In this document: positions 1 through 15,600 of the stretch, piece after piece
Layout of the letters: every line of letters starts with the position of its first letter
How positions within the stretch are numbered: position 1 is the stretch's first letter
Source of the DNA: Eledone cirrhosa
Taxonomy: Eukaryota
Assembly: GCA_964016885.1 (NCBI GenBank)
Contig: OZ024743.1
Span: forward strand, 6,572,001 to 6,636,000
DNA: 64,000 nt
Direction: 5' to 3'
Notes under the pieces: model-generated
What the model was told of the DNA's origin: nothing
The model's input: only the letters and a program-made list of their open reading frames with translations
The model's database searches: none
Program-made: the position numbers and the translations under genes

Positions 1-3000
1 TGTGATGAGTGCTTTTAGCCATGACTCCTACATGACCACATTTACAGTGTGTGATGAGTGCTTTTAACCATGACTCCTACATGACCACATTTACAATGTG
101 TGATGAGTGCTTTTAGCCATGACTCCTACATGACCACATTTACAATGTGTGATGAGTGCTTTTAGCCATGACTCCTACATGACCACATTTACAGTTTGTG
201 ATCAGTGTTTTTAACCATGACTCCTACATGACCACATTTACAATGTGTGATGAGTGCTTTTAGCCATGACTCCTACATGACCACATTTACAGTGTGTGAT
301 GAGTGCATATAGCCATGACTCCTACATGACCACTTTTACAATGTGTGATGAGTGCTTTTAGCCATGACTCCTACATGACCACATTTACAGTGTGTGATGA
401 GTACTTTTAGCCATGACTCCTACATGACCACTTTTACAATGTGTGATGAGTGCTTTTAGCCATGACTCCTACATGACCACTTTTACAATGTGTGATGAGT
501 GCTTTTAGCCATGACTCCTACATGACCACTTTTACAATGTGTGATGAGTGCTTTTAGCCATGACTCCTACATGACCACATTAACAATGTGTGATGAGTGC
601 TTTTAGCCATGACTCCTACATGACCACTTTACAGTGTGTGATGAGTGCTTTTAGCCATGACTCCTACATGACTACATTAACAATGTGTGATGAGTGCTTT
701 TAGCCATGACTCCTACATGACCACTTTACAGTGTGTGATGAGTGTTTTTAGCCATGACTCCTACATGACCACATTAACAATGTGTGATGAGTGCTTTTAT
801 CCATGACTCCTACATGACCACTTTACAGTGTGTGATGAGTGCTTTTAGCCATGACTCCTACATGACCACATTAACAATGTGTGATGTGTGCTTTTAGCCA
901 TGACTCCTACATGACCACATTTACAGTGTGTGATGAGTGTTTTTAACCATGACTCCTACATGACCACATTTACAATGTGTGATGAGTGCTTTTAGCCATG
1001 ACTCCTACATGACCACATTTACAGTGTGTGATGAGTGCATATAGCCATGACTCCTACATGACCACTTTTACAATGTGTGATGAGTGCTTTTAGCCATGAC
1101 TCCTACATGACCACATTTAAAGTGTGTGATGAGTGCTTTTAACCATGACTCCTACAGGACCACTTTACAGTGTGTGATGAGTGCTTTTAGCCATGACTCC
1201 TACATGACCACATTTACAGTGTGTTATGGGAGCTTTTAACCATGACTCCTACATGACCACATTTACAGTGTGTTATGGGTGCTTTTAGCCATGACTCCTA
1301 CATGACCACATTTACAATGTGTGATGAGTGCTTTTAGCCATGACTCCTACATGACCACATTTACAGTGTGTTATTGGTGCTTTTAGCCATGACTCCTACA
1401 TGACCACATTTACAGTGTGTGATGAGTGCTTTTAGCCATGACTCCTATATGACCACTTTACAGTGTGTGATGAGTGCTTTTAGCCATGACTCCTACAGTA
1501 CCACTTTACAGTGTGCGATGAGTGCTTTTAGCCATGACTCCTACATGACCACATTTACAATGTGTGATGAGTGCTTTTAACCATGACTCCTACATGACCA
1601 CATTTACAGTGTGTTATGGGTGCTTTTAGCCATGACTCCTACATGACCACTTTACAGTGTGTGATGAGTGCTTTTAGCCATGACTCCTACATGACCACAT
1701 TTACAATGTGTGATGGGTGCTTTTAGCCATGACTCCTACATGACCACATTTACAGTGTGTGATGGGTGCTTTTAGCCATGACTCCTACATGACCACATTC
1801 ACAATGTGTGATGAGTGCTTTTAGCCATGACTCCTACATGACCACATTTACAGTGTGTGATGGTTGCTTTTAGCCATGACTCCTACATGACCACATTCAC
1901 AATGTGTGATGAGTGCTTTTAGCCATGACTCCTACATGACCACTTTACAATGTGTGATGAGTGCTTTTAGCCATGACTCCTACATGACCACTTTACAATG
2001 TGTGATGAGTGCTTTTAGCCATGACTCCTACACAACCACATTTACAGTGTGTGATGAGTGCTTTTAACCATGACTCCTACATGACCACATTACAGTGTGT
2101 GATGAGTGTTTTTAGCCATGACTCCTACATGACCACTTTACAGTGTGTGATGAGTGCTTTTAGCCATGACTCCTACATGACCACATTTACAGTGTGTGAT
2201 GAGTGCTTTTAACCATGACTCCTACATGACCACATTTACAATGTGTGATGAGTGCTTTTAGCCATGACTCCTACATGACCACATTTACAATGTGTGATGA
2301 GTGCTTTTAGCCATGACTCCTACATGACCACATTTACAGTTTGTGATCAGTGTTTTTAACCATGACTCCTACATGACCACATTTACAATGTGTGATGAGT
2401 GCTTTTAGCCATGACTCCTACATGACCACATTTACAGTGTGTGATGAGTGGATATAGCCATGACTCCTACATGACCACTTTTACAATGTGTGATGAGTGC
2501 TTTTAGCCATGACTCCTACATGACCACATTTACAGTGTGTGATGAGTACTTTTAGCCATGACTCCTACATGACCACTTTTACAATGTGTGATGAGTGCTT
2601 TTAGCCATGACTCCTACATGACCACTTTTACAATGTGTGATGAGTGCTTTTAGCCATGACTCCTACATGACCACTTTTACAATGTGTGATGAGTGCTTTT
2701 AGCCATGACTCCTACATGACCACATTAACAATGTGTGATGAGTGCTTTTAGCCATGACTCCTACATGACCACTTTACAGTGTGTGATGAGTGCTTTTAGC
2801 CATGACTCCTACATGACTACATTAACAATGTGTGATGAGTGCTTTTAGCCATGACTCCTACATGACCACTTTACAGTGTGTGATGAGTGTTTTTAGCCAT
2901 GACTCCTACATGACCACATTAACAATGTGTGATGAGTGCTTTTAGCCATGACTCCTACATGACCACTTTACAGTGTGTGATGAGTGCTTTTAGCCATGAC

Positions 3001-6000
3001 TCCTACATGACCACATTAACAATGTGTGATGTGTGCTTTTAGCCATGACTCCTACATGACCACATTTACAGTGTGTGATGAGTGTTTTTAACCATGACTC
3101 CTACATGACCACATTTACAATGTGTGATGAGTGCTTTTAGCCATGACTCCTACATGACCACATTTACAGTGTGTGATGAGTGCATATAGCCATGACTCCT
3201 ACATGACCACTTTTACAATGTGTGATGAGTGCTTTTAGCCATGACTCCTACATGACCACATTTAAAGTGTTTGATGAGTACTTTTAGCCATGACTCCTAC
3301 ATGACCACTTTTACTATGTGTGATGAGTGCTTTTAGCCATGACTGCTACATGACCACTTTTACAATGTGTGATGAGTGCTTTTAGCCATGACTCCTACAT
3401 GACCACTTTTACAATGTGTGATGAGTGCTTTTAGCCATGACTCCTACATGACCACATTTACAGTGTGTGATGAGTGCTTTTAGCCATGACTCCTACATGA
3501 CCACATTTACAGTGTGTGATGAGTGCTTTTAGCCATGACTCCTACATGACCACTTTTACAATGTGTGATGAGTGCTTTTAGCCATGACTCCTACATGACC
3601 ACATTTACAGTGTGTGATGAGTGCTTTTAGCCATGACTCCTACATGACCACTTTACAGTGTGTGATGAGTGCTTTTAGCCATGACTCCTACATGACCACT
3701 TTACAGTGTGTGATGAGTGCTTTTAGCCATGACTCCTACATACCACATTTACAGTGTGTGTCGAGTGCTTTTAGCCATGACTCCTACATGACCACTTTAC
3801 AGTGTGTGATGAGTGCTTTTAGCCATGACTCCTACATGACCACTTTACAGTGTGTGATGAGTGCTTTTAGCCATGACTCCTACATGACCACATTAACAAT
3901 GTGTGATGAGTGCTTTTAGCCATGACTCCTACATGACCACTTTACAGTGTGTGATGAGTGCTTTTAGCCATGACTCCTACATGACCACATTAACAATGTG
4001 TGATGAGTGCTTTTAGCCATGACTCCTACATGACCACATTAACAATGTGTGATGAGTGCTTTTAGCCATGACTCCTACATGACCACTTTACAGTGTGTGA
4101 TGTGTGCTTTTAGCCATGACTCCTACATGACCACTTTACAGTGTGTGATGAGTGCTTTTAGCCATGACTCCTACATGACCACTTTACAGTGTGTGATGAG
4201 TGCTTTTAGCCATGACTCCTACATGACCACATTAACAATGTGTGATGAGTGCTTTTAGCCATGACTCCTACATCACCACTTTACAGTGTGTGACGAGTGC
4301 TTTTAGCCATGACTCCTACATGACCACATTAACAATGTGTGATGAGTGCTTTTAGCCATGACTCCTACATGACCACATTAACAATGTGTGATGAGTGCTT
4401 TTAGCCATGACTCCTACATGACCACTTTACAGTGTGTGATGAGTGCTTTTAGCCATGACTCCTACATGACTACATTAACAATGTGTGATGAGTGCTTTTA
4501 GCCATGACTCCTACATGACCACTTTACAGTGTGTGATGAGTGCTTTTAGCCATGACTCCTACATGACCACATTAACAATGTGTGATGGGTGCTTTTAGCC
4601 ATGACTCCTACATAACCACTTTACAGTGTGTGATGAGTGCTTTTAGCCATGACTCCTACATGACCACATTAACAATGTGTGATGAGTGCTTTTAGCCATG
4701 ACTCCTACATGACCACATTTACAGTGTGTGATGAGTGCTTTTAGCCGTGACTCCTACATGACCACTTTTACAGTGTGTGATGAGTGCTTTTAACCATGAC
4801 TCCTACATGACCACATTACAGTGTGTGATGAGTGTTTTTAGCCATGACTCCTACATGACCACTTTACAGTGTGTGATGAGTGCTTTTAGCCATGACTCCT
4901 ACATGACCACATTTACAGTGTGTGATGAGTGCTTTTAACCATGACTCCTACATGACCACATTTACAATGTGTGATGAGTGCTTTTAGCCATGACTCCTAC
5001 ATGACCACATTTACAATGTGTGATGAGTGCTTTTAGCCATGACTCCTACATGACCACATTTACAGTTTGTGATCAGTGTTTTTAACCATGACTCCTACAT
5101 GACCACATTTACAATGTGTGATGAGTGCTTTTAGCCATGACTCCTACATGACCACATTTACAGTGTGTGATGAGTGCATATAGCCATGACTCCTACATGA
5201 CCACTTTTACAATGTGTGATGAGTGCTTTTAGCCATGACTCCTACATGACCACATTTACAGTGTGTGATGAGTACTTTTAGCCATGACTCCTACATGACC
5301 ACTTTTACAATGTGTGATGAGTGCTTTTAGCCATGACTCCTACATGACCACTTTTACAATGTGTGATGAGTGCTTTTAGCCATGACTCCTACATGACCAC
5401 TTTTACAATGTGTGATGAGTGCTTTTAGCCATGACTCCTACATGACCACATTAACAATGTGTGATGAGTGCTTTTAGCCATGACTCCTACATGACCACTT
5501 TACAGTGTGTGATGAGTGCTTTTAGCCATGACTCCTACATGACTACATTAACAATGTGTGATGAGTGCTTTTAGCCATGACTCCTACATGACCACTTTAC
5601 AGTGTGTGATGAGTGTTTTTAGCCATGACTCCTACATGACCACATTAACAATGTGTGATGAGTGCTTTTATCCATGACTCCTACATGACCACTTTACAGT
5701 GTGTGATGAGTGCTTTTAGCCATGACTCCTACATGACCACATTAACAATGTGTGATGTGTGCTTTTAGCCATGACTCCTACATGACCACATTTACAGTGT
5801 GTGATGAGTGTTTTTAACCATGACTCCTACATGACCACATTTACAATGTGTGATGAGTGCTTTTAGCCATGACTCCTACATGACCACATTTACAGTGTGT
5901 GATGAGTGCATATAGCCATGACTCCTACATGACCACTTTTACAATGTGTGATGAGTGCTTTTAGCCATGACTCCTACATGACCACATTTAAAGTGTGTGA

Positions 6001-9000
6001 TGAGTGCTTTTAACCATGACTCCTACAGGACCACTTTACAGTGTGTGATGAGTGCTTTTAGCCATGACTCCTACATGACCACATTTACAGTGTGTTATGG
6101 GTGCTTTTAACCATGACTCCTACATGACCACATTTACAGTGTGTTATGGGTGCTTTTAGCCATGACTCCTACATGACCACATTTACAATGTGTGATGAGT
6201 GCTTTTAGCCATGACTCCTACATGACCACATTTACAGTGTGTTATTGGTGCTTTTAGCCATGACTCCTACATGACCACATTTACAGTGTGTGATGAGTGC
6301 TTTTAGCCATGACTCCTATATGACCACTTTACAGTGTGTGATGAGTGCTTTTAGCCATGACTCCTACAGTACCACTTTACAGTGTGCGATGAGTGCTTTT
6401 AGCCATGACTCCTACATGACCACATTTACAATGTGTGATGAGTGCTTTTAACCATGACTCCTACATGACCACATTTACAGTGTGTTATGGGTGCTTTTAG
6501 CCATGACTCCTACATGACCACTTTACAGTGTGTGATGAGTGCTTTTAGCCATGACTCCTACATGACCACATTTACAATGTGTGATGGGTGCTTTTAGCCA
6601 TGACTCCTACATGACCACATTTACAGTGTGTGATGGGTGCTTTTAGCCATGACTCCTACATGACCACATTCACAATGTGTGATGAGTGCTTTTAGCCATG
6701 ACTCCTACATGACCACATTTACAGTGTGTGATGGGTGCTTTTAGCCATGACTCCTACATGACCACATTCACAATGTGTGATGAGTGCTTTTAGCCATGAC
6801 TCCTACATGACCACTTTACAATGTGTGATGAGTGCTTTTAGCCATGACTCCTACATGACCACTTTACAATGTGTGATGAGTGCTTTTAGCCATGACTCCT
6901 ACACAACCACATTTACAGTGTGTGATGAGTGCTTTTAACCATGACTCCTACATGACCACATTACAGTGTGTGATGAGTGTTTTTAGCCATGACTCCTACA
7001 TGACCACTTTACAGTGTGTGATGAGTGCTTTTAGCCATGACTCCTACATGACCACATTTACAGTGTGTGATGAGTGCTTTTAACCATGACTCCTACATGA
7101 CCACATTTACAATGTGTGATGAGTGCTTTTAGCCATGACTCCTACATGACCACATTTACAATGTGTGATGAGTGCTTTTAGCCATGACTCCTACATGACC
7201 ACATTTACAGTTTGTGATCAGTGTTTTTAACCATGACTCCTACATGACCACATTTACAATGTGTGATGAGTGCTTTTAGCCATGACTCCTACATGACCAC
7301 ATTTACAGTGTGTGATGAGTGGATATAGCCATGACTCCTACATGACCACTTTTACAATGTGTGATGAGTGCTTTTAGCCATGACTCCTACATGACCACAT
7401 TTACAGTGTGTGATGAGTACTTTTAGCCATGACTCCTACATGACCACTTTTACAATGTGTGATGAGTGCTTTTAGCCATGACTCCTACATGACCACTTTT
7501 ACAATGTGTGATGAGTGCTTTTAGCCATGACTCCTACATGACCACTTTTACAATGTGTGATGAGTGCTTTTAGCCATGACTCCTACATGACCACATTAAC
7601 AATGTGTGATGAGTGCTTTTAGCCATGACTCCTACATGACCACTTTACAGTGTGTGATGAGTGCTTTTAGCCATGACTCCTACATGACTACATTAACAAT
7701 GTGTGATGAGTGCTTTTAGCCATGACTCCTACATGACCACTTTACAGTGTGTGATGAGTGTTTTTAGCCATGACTCCTACATGACCACATTAACAATGTG
7801 TGATGAGTGCTTTTAGCCATGACTCCTACATGACCACTTTACAGTGTGTGATGAGTGCTTTTAGCCATGACTCCTACATGACCACATTAACAATGTGTGA
7901 TGTGTGCTTTTAGCCATGACTCCTACATGACCACATTTACAGTGTGTGATGAGTGTTTTTAACCATGACTCCTACATGACCACATTTACAATGTGTGATG
8001 AGTGCTTTTAGCCATGACTCCTACATGACCACATTTACAGTGTGTGATGAGTGCATATAGCCATGACTCCTACATGACCACTTTTACAATGTGTGATGAG
8101 TGCTTTTAGCCATGACTCCTACATGACCACATTTAAAGTGTTTGATGAGTACTTTTAGCCATGACTCCTACATGACCACTTTTACTATGTGTGATGAGTG
8201 CTTTTAGCCATGACTGCTACATGACCACTTTTACAATGTGTGATGAGTGCTTTTAGCCATGACTCCTACATGACCACTTTTACAATGTGTGATGAGTGCT
8301 TTTAGCCATGACTCCTACATGACCACATTTACAGTGTGTGATGAGTGCTTTTAGCCATGACTCCTACATGACCACATTTACAGTGTGTGATGAGTGCTTT
8401 TAGCCATGACTCCTACATGACCACTTTTACAATGTGTGATGAGTGCTTTTAGCCATGACTCCTACATGACCACATTTACAGTGTGTGATGAGTGCTTTTA
8501 GCCATGACTCCTACATGACCACTTTACAGTGTGTGATGAGTGCTTTTAGCCATGACTCCTACATGACCACTTTACAGTGTGTGATGAGTGCTTTTAGCCA
8601 TGACTCCTACATACCACATTTACAGTGTGTGTCGAGTGCTTTTAGCCATGACTCCTACATGACCACTTTACAGTGTGTGATGAGTGCTTTTAGCCATGAC
8701 TCCTACATGACCACTTTACAGTGTGTGATGAGTGCTTTTAGCCATGACTCCTACATGACCACATTAACAATGTGTGATGAGTGCTTTTAGCCATGACTCC
8801 TACATGACCACTTTACAGTGTGTGATGAGTGCTTTTAGCCATGACTCCTACATGACCACATTAACAATGTGTGATGAGTGCTTTTAGCCATGACTCCTAC
8901 ATGACCACATTAACAATGTGTGATGAGTGCTTTTAGCCATGACTCCTACATGACCACTTTACAGTGTGTGATGTGTGCTTTTAGCCATGACTCCTACATG

Positions 9001-9650
9001 ACCACTTTACAGTGTGTGATGAGTGCTTTTAGCCATGACTCCTACATGACCACTTTACAGTGTGTGATGAGTGCTTTTAGCCATGACTCCTACATGACCA
9101 CATTAACAATGTGTGATGAGTGCTTTTAGCCATGACTCCTACATCACCACTTTACAGTGTGTGACGAGTGCTTTTAGCCATGACTCCTACATGACCACAT
9201 TAACAATGTGTGATGAGTGCTTTTAGCCATGACTCCTACATGACCACATTAACAATGTGTGATGAGTGCTTTTAGCCATGACTCCTACATGACCACTTTA
9301 CAGTGTGTGATGAGTGCTTTTAGCCATGACTCCTACATGACTACATTAACAATGTGTGATGAGTGCTTTTAGCCATGACTCCTACATGACCACTTTACAG
9401 TGTGTGATGAGTGCTTTTAGCCATGACTCCTACATGACCACATTAACAATGTGTGATGGGTGCTTTTAGCCATGACTCCTACATAACCACTTTACAGTGT
9501 GTGATGAGTGCTTTTAGCCATGACTCCTACATGACCACATTAACAATGTGTGATGAGTGCTTTTAGCCATGACTCCTACATGACCACATTTACAGTGTGT
9601 GATGAGTGCTTTTAGCCGTGACTCCTACATGACCACTTTTACAGTGTGTG
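1..9650. repeat. Higher-order repeat, period 4871 bp (~100 monomers), about two copies
   Basis: Rare variant TTTGTGATCAG at 195/5066 and 2340/7211. Identical ORF-track peptides at 2009/6880, 3614/8485 and 4049/8920 (all offset 4871). Boundaries approximate. Confidence 0.92.
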
Positions 9651-12600
9651 ATGAGTGCTTTTAGCCATGACTCCTACATGACCACATTTACAGTGTGTGA
9701 TGAGTGCTTTTAGCCATGACTCCTACATGACCACATTTACAGTGTGTGATGAGTGCTTTTAGCCATGACTCCTACATGACCACTTTTACAATGTGTGATG
9801 AGTGCTTTTAGCCATGACTCCTACATGACCACATTTACAGTGTGTGATGAGTGCTTTTAACCATGACTCCTACATGACCACATTTACAGTGTGTGATGAG
9901 TGCTTTTAGCCATGACTCCTACATGACCACTTTACAATGTGTGATGAGTGCTTTTAGCCATGACTCCTACATGACCACTTTACAGTGTGTGATGAGTGCT
10001 TTTAGCCATGACTCCTACATGACCACATTTACAGTGTGTGTCGAGTGCTTTTAGCCATGACTCCTACATGACCACTTTACAGTGTGTGATGAGTGCTTTT
10101 AGCCATGACTCCTACATGACCACTTTACAGTGTGTGATGAGTGCTTTTAGCCATGACTCCTACATGACCACATTAACAATGTGTGATGAGTGCTTTTAGC
10201 CATGACTCCTACATGACCACATTTACAGTGTGTGATGAGTGCTTTTAGCCGTGACTCCTACATGACCACATTTACAGTGTGTGATGAGTGCTTTTAGCCA
10301 TGACTCCTACATGACCACTTTACAGTGTGTGATGAGTGCTTTTAGCCATGACTCCTACATGACCACATTTACAATGTGTGTCGAGTGCTTTTAGCCATGA
10401 CTCCTACATGAACACTTTTACAGTGTGTGATGAGTGCTTTTAGCCATGACTCCTACATGACCACATTTACAGTGTGTGTCGAGTGCTTTTAGCCATGACT
10501 CCTACATGACCACTTTACAGTGTGTGATGAGTGCTTTTAGCCATGACTCCTACATGACCACATTAACAATGTGTGATGAGTGCTTTTAGCCATGACTCCT
10601 ACATGACCACATTTACAGTGTGTGATGAGTGCTTTTAGCCATGACTCCTACATGACCACTTTACAGTGTGTGATGAGTGCTTTTAGCCATGACTCCTACA
10701 TGACCACTTTACAGTGTGTGATGAGTGCTTTTAGCCATGACTCCTACATACCACATTTACAGTGTGTGTCGAGTGCTTTTAGCCATGACTCCTACATGAC
10801 CACTTTACAGTGTGTGATGAGTGCTTTTAGCCATGACTCCTACATGACCACTTTACAGTGTGTGATGAGTGCTTTTAGCCATGACTCCTACATGACCACA
10901 TTAACAATGTGTGATGAGTGCTTTTAGCCATGACTCCTACATGACCACGTTTACAGTGTGTGATGAGTGCTTTTAGCCATGACTCCTACATGACCACATT
11001 AACAATGTGTGATGAGTGCTTTTAGCCATGACTCCTACATGACCACATTAACAATGTGTGATGAGTGCTTTTAGCCATGACTCCTACATGACCACTTTAC
11101 AGTGTGTGATGTGTGCTTTTAGCCATGACTCCTACATGACCACTTTACAGTGTGTGATGAGTGCTTTTAGCCATGACTCCTATATGACCACTTTACAGTG
11201 TGTGATGAGTGCTTTTAGCCATGACTCCTACATGACCACATTAACAATGTGTGATGAGTGCTTTTAGCCATGACTCCTACATGACCACTTTACAGTGTGT
11301 GACGAGTGCTTTTAGCCATGACTCCTACATGACCACATTAACAATGTGTGATGAGTGCTTTTAGCCATGACTCCTACATGACCACATTAACAATGTGTGA
11401 TGAGTGCTTTTAGCCATGACTCCTACATGACCACTTTACAGTGTGTGATGAGTGCTTTTAGCCATGACTCCTACATGACTACATTAACAATGTGTGATGA
11501 GTGCTTTTAGCCATGACTCCTACATGACCACTTTACAGTGTGTGATGAGTGCTTTTAGCCATGACTCCTACATGACCACATTAACAATGTGTGATGGGTG
11601 CTTTTAGCCATGACTCCTACATGACCACTTTACAGTGTGTGATGAGTGCTTTTAGCCATGACTCCTACATGACCACATTAACAATGTGTGATGAGTGCTT
11701 TTAGCCATGACTCCTACATGACCACATTTACAGTGTGTGATGAGTGCTTTTAGCCGTGACTCCTACATGACCACTTTTACAGTGTGTGATGAGTGCTTTT
11801 AGCCATGACTCCTACATGACCACATTTACAGTGTGTGATGAGTGCTTTTAGCCATGACTCCTACATGACCACATTTACAGTGTGTGATGAGTGCTTTTAG
11901 CCATGACTCCTACATGACCACTTTTACAATGTGTGATGAGTGCTTTTAGCCATGACTCCTACATGACCACATTTACAGTGTGTGATGAGTGCTTTTAACC
12001 ATGACTCCTACATGACCACATTTACAGTGTGTGATGAGTGCTTTTAGCCATGACTCCTACATGACCACTTTACAATGTGTGATGAGTGCTTTTAGCCATG
12101 ACTCCTACATGACCACTTTACAGTGTGTGATGAGTGCTTTTAGCCATGACTCCTACATGACCACATTTACAGTGTGTGTCGAGTGCTTTTAGCCATGACT
12201 CCTACATGACCACTTTACAGTGTGTGATGAGTGCTTTTAGCCATGACTCCTACATGACCACTTTACAGTGTGTGATGAGTGCTTTTAGCCATGACTCCTA
12301 CATGACCACATTAACAATGTGTGATGAGTGCTTTTAGCCATGACTCCTACATGACCACATTTACAGTGTGTGATGAGTGCTTTTAGCCGTGACTCCTACA
12401 TGACCACATTTACAGTGTGTGATGAGTGCTTTTAGCCATGACTCCTACATGACCACTTTACAGTGTGTGATGAGTGCTTTTAGCCATGACTCCTACATGA
12501 CCACATTTACAATGTGTGTCGAGTGCTTTTAGCCATGACTCCTACATGAACACTTTTACAGTGTGTGATGAGTGCTTTTAGCCATGACTCCTACATGACC

Positions 12601-15600
12601 ACATTTACAGTGTGTGTCGAGTGCTTTTAGCCATGACTCCTACATGACCACTTTACAGTGTGTGATGAGTGCTTTTAGCAATGACTCCTACATGACCACT
12701 TTACAGTGTGTGATGAGTGCTTTTAGCCATGACTCCTACATGACCACATTAACAATGTGTGATGAGTGCTTTTAGCCATGACTCCTACATGACCACATTT
12801 ACAGTGTGTGATGAGTGCTTTTAGCCGTGACTCCTACATGACCACTTTACAGTGTGTGATGAGTGCTTTTAGCCATGACTCCTACATGACCACATTACAG
12901 TGTGTGATGAGTGCTTTTAGCCATGACTCCTACATGACCACTTTACAGTGTGTGATGAGTGCTTTTAGCCATGACTCCAACGTGACCACATTTACAGTGT
13001 GTGATGAGTGCTTTTAGCCGTGACTCCTACATGACCACTTTTACAGTGTGTGATGAGTGCTTTTAGCCATGACTCCTACATGACCACATTTACAATGTGT
13101 GTCGAGTGCTTTTAGCCATGACTCCTACATGACCACATTTACAGTGTGTGATGAGTGCTTTTAGCCATGACTCCTACATGACCACATTTACAATGTGTGA
13201 TGAGTGCTTTTAGCCATGACTCCTACATGACCACATTTACAATGTGTGATGAGTGCTTTTAGCCATGACTCCTACATGACCACTTTACAGTGTGTGATGA
13301 GTGCTTTTAGCCATGACTCCTACATGACCACATTAACAATGTGTGATGAGTGCTTTTAGCCATGACTCCTACATGACCACATTACAGTGTGTGATGAGTG
13401 CTTTTAGCCATGACTCCTACATGACCACTTTACAGTGTGCGATGAGTGCTTTTAGCCATGACTCCTACATGACCACATTTACAATGTGTGATGAGTGCTT
13501 TTAGCCATGACTCCTACATGACCACTTTACAGTGTGTGATGAGTGCTTTTAGCCATGACTCCTACATGACCACTTTACAGTGTGTGATGAGTGCTTTTAG
13601 CCGTGACTCCTACATGACCACTTTTACAGTGTGTGATGAGTGCTTTTAGCCATGACTCCTACATGACCACATTTACAATGTGTGTCGAGTGCTTTTAGCC
13701 ATGACTCCTACATGACCACATTTACAGTGTGTGATGAGTGCTTTTAGCCATGACTCCTACATGACCACATTTACAATGTGTGATGAGTGCTTTTAGCCAT
13801 GACTCCTACATGACCACTTTACAGTGTGTGATGAGTGCTTTTAGCCATGACTCCTACATGACCACATTTACAATGTGTGTCGAGTGCTTTTAGCCATGAC
13901 TCCTACATGACCACTTTACAGTGTGTGATGAGTGCTTTTAGCCATGACTCCTACATGACCACTTTACAGTGTGTGATGAGTGCTTTTAGCCATGACTCCT
14001 ACATAACCACATTAACAATGTGTGATGAGTGCTTTTAGCCATGACTCCTACATGACCACATTTACAGTGTGTGATGAGTGCTTTTAGCCGTGACTCCTAC
14101 ATGACCACTTTTACAGTGTGTGATGAGTGCTTTAGCCATGACTCCTACATGACTACATTTACAATGTGTGATGAGTGCTTTTAGCCATGACTCCTACATG
14201 ACCACTTTTACAGTGTGTGATGAGTGCTTTTAGCCATGACTCCTACATGACCACTTTACAGTGTGTGATGAGTGCTTTTAACCATGACTCCTACATGACC
14301 ACATTAACAATGTGTGATGGGTGCTTTTAGCCATGACTCCTACATGACCACATTAACAATGTGTGATGAGTGCTTTTAGCCATGACTCCTACATGACCAC
14401 TTTACAGTGTGTGATGAGTGCTTTTAGCCATGACTCCTACATGACTACATTAACAATGTGTGATGAGTGCTTTTAGCCATGACTCCTACATGACCACTTT
14501 ACAGTGTGTGATGAGTGCTTTTAGCCATGACTCCTACATGACCACATTAACAATGTGTGATGGGTGCTTTTAGCCATGACTCCTACATAACCACTTTACA
14601 GTGTGTGATGAGTGCTTTTAGCCATGACTCCTACATGACCACATTAACAATGTGTGATGAGTGCTTTTAGCCATGACTCCTACATGACCACATTTACAGT
14701 GTGTGATGAGTGCTTTTAGCCGTGACTCCTACATGACCACTTTTACAGTGTGTGATGAGTGCTTTTAGCCATGACTCCTACATGACCACATTTACAGTGT
14801 GTGATGAGTGCTTTTAGCCATGACTCCTACATGACCACATTTACAGTGTGTGATGAGTGCTTTTAGCCATGACTCCTACATGACCACTTTTACAATGTGT
14901 GATGAGTGCTTTTAGCCATGACTCCTACATGACCACATTTACAGTGTGTGATGAGTGCTTTTAACCATGACTCCTACATGACCACATTTACAGTGTGTGA
15001 TGAGTGCTTTTAGCCATGACTCCTACATGACCACTTTACAATGTGTGATGAGTGCTTTTAGCCATGACTCCTACATGACCACTTTACAGTGTGTGATGAG
15101 TGCTTTTAGCCATGACTCCTACATGACCACATTTACAGTGTGTGTCGAGTGCTTTTAGCCATGACTCCTACATGACCACTTTACAGTGTGTGATGAGTGC
15201 TTTTAGCCATGACTCCTACATGACCACTTTACAGTGTGTGATGAGTGCTTTTAGCCATGACTCCTACATGACCACATTAACAATGTGTGATGAGTGCTTT
15301 TAGCCATGACTCCTACATGACCACATTTACAGTGTGTGATGAGTGCTTTTAGCCGTGACTCCTACATGACCACATTTACAGTGTGTGATGAGTGCTTTTA
15401 GCCATGACTCCTACATGACCACTTTACAGTGTGTGATGAGTGCTTTTAGCCATGACTCCTACATGACCACATTTACAATGTGTGTCGAGTGCTTTTAGCC
15501 ATGACTCCTACATGAACACTTTTACAGTGTGTGATGAGTGCTTTTAGCCATGACTCCTACATGACCACATTTACAGTGTGTGTCGAGTGCTTTTAGCCAT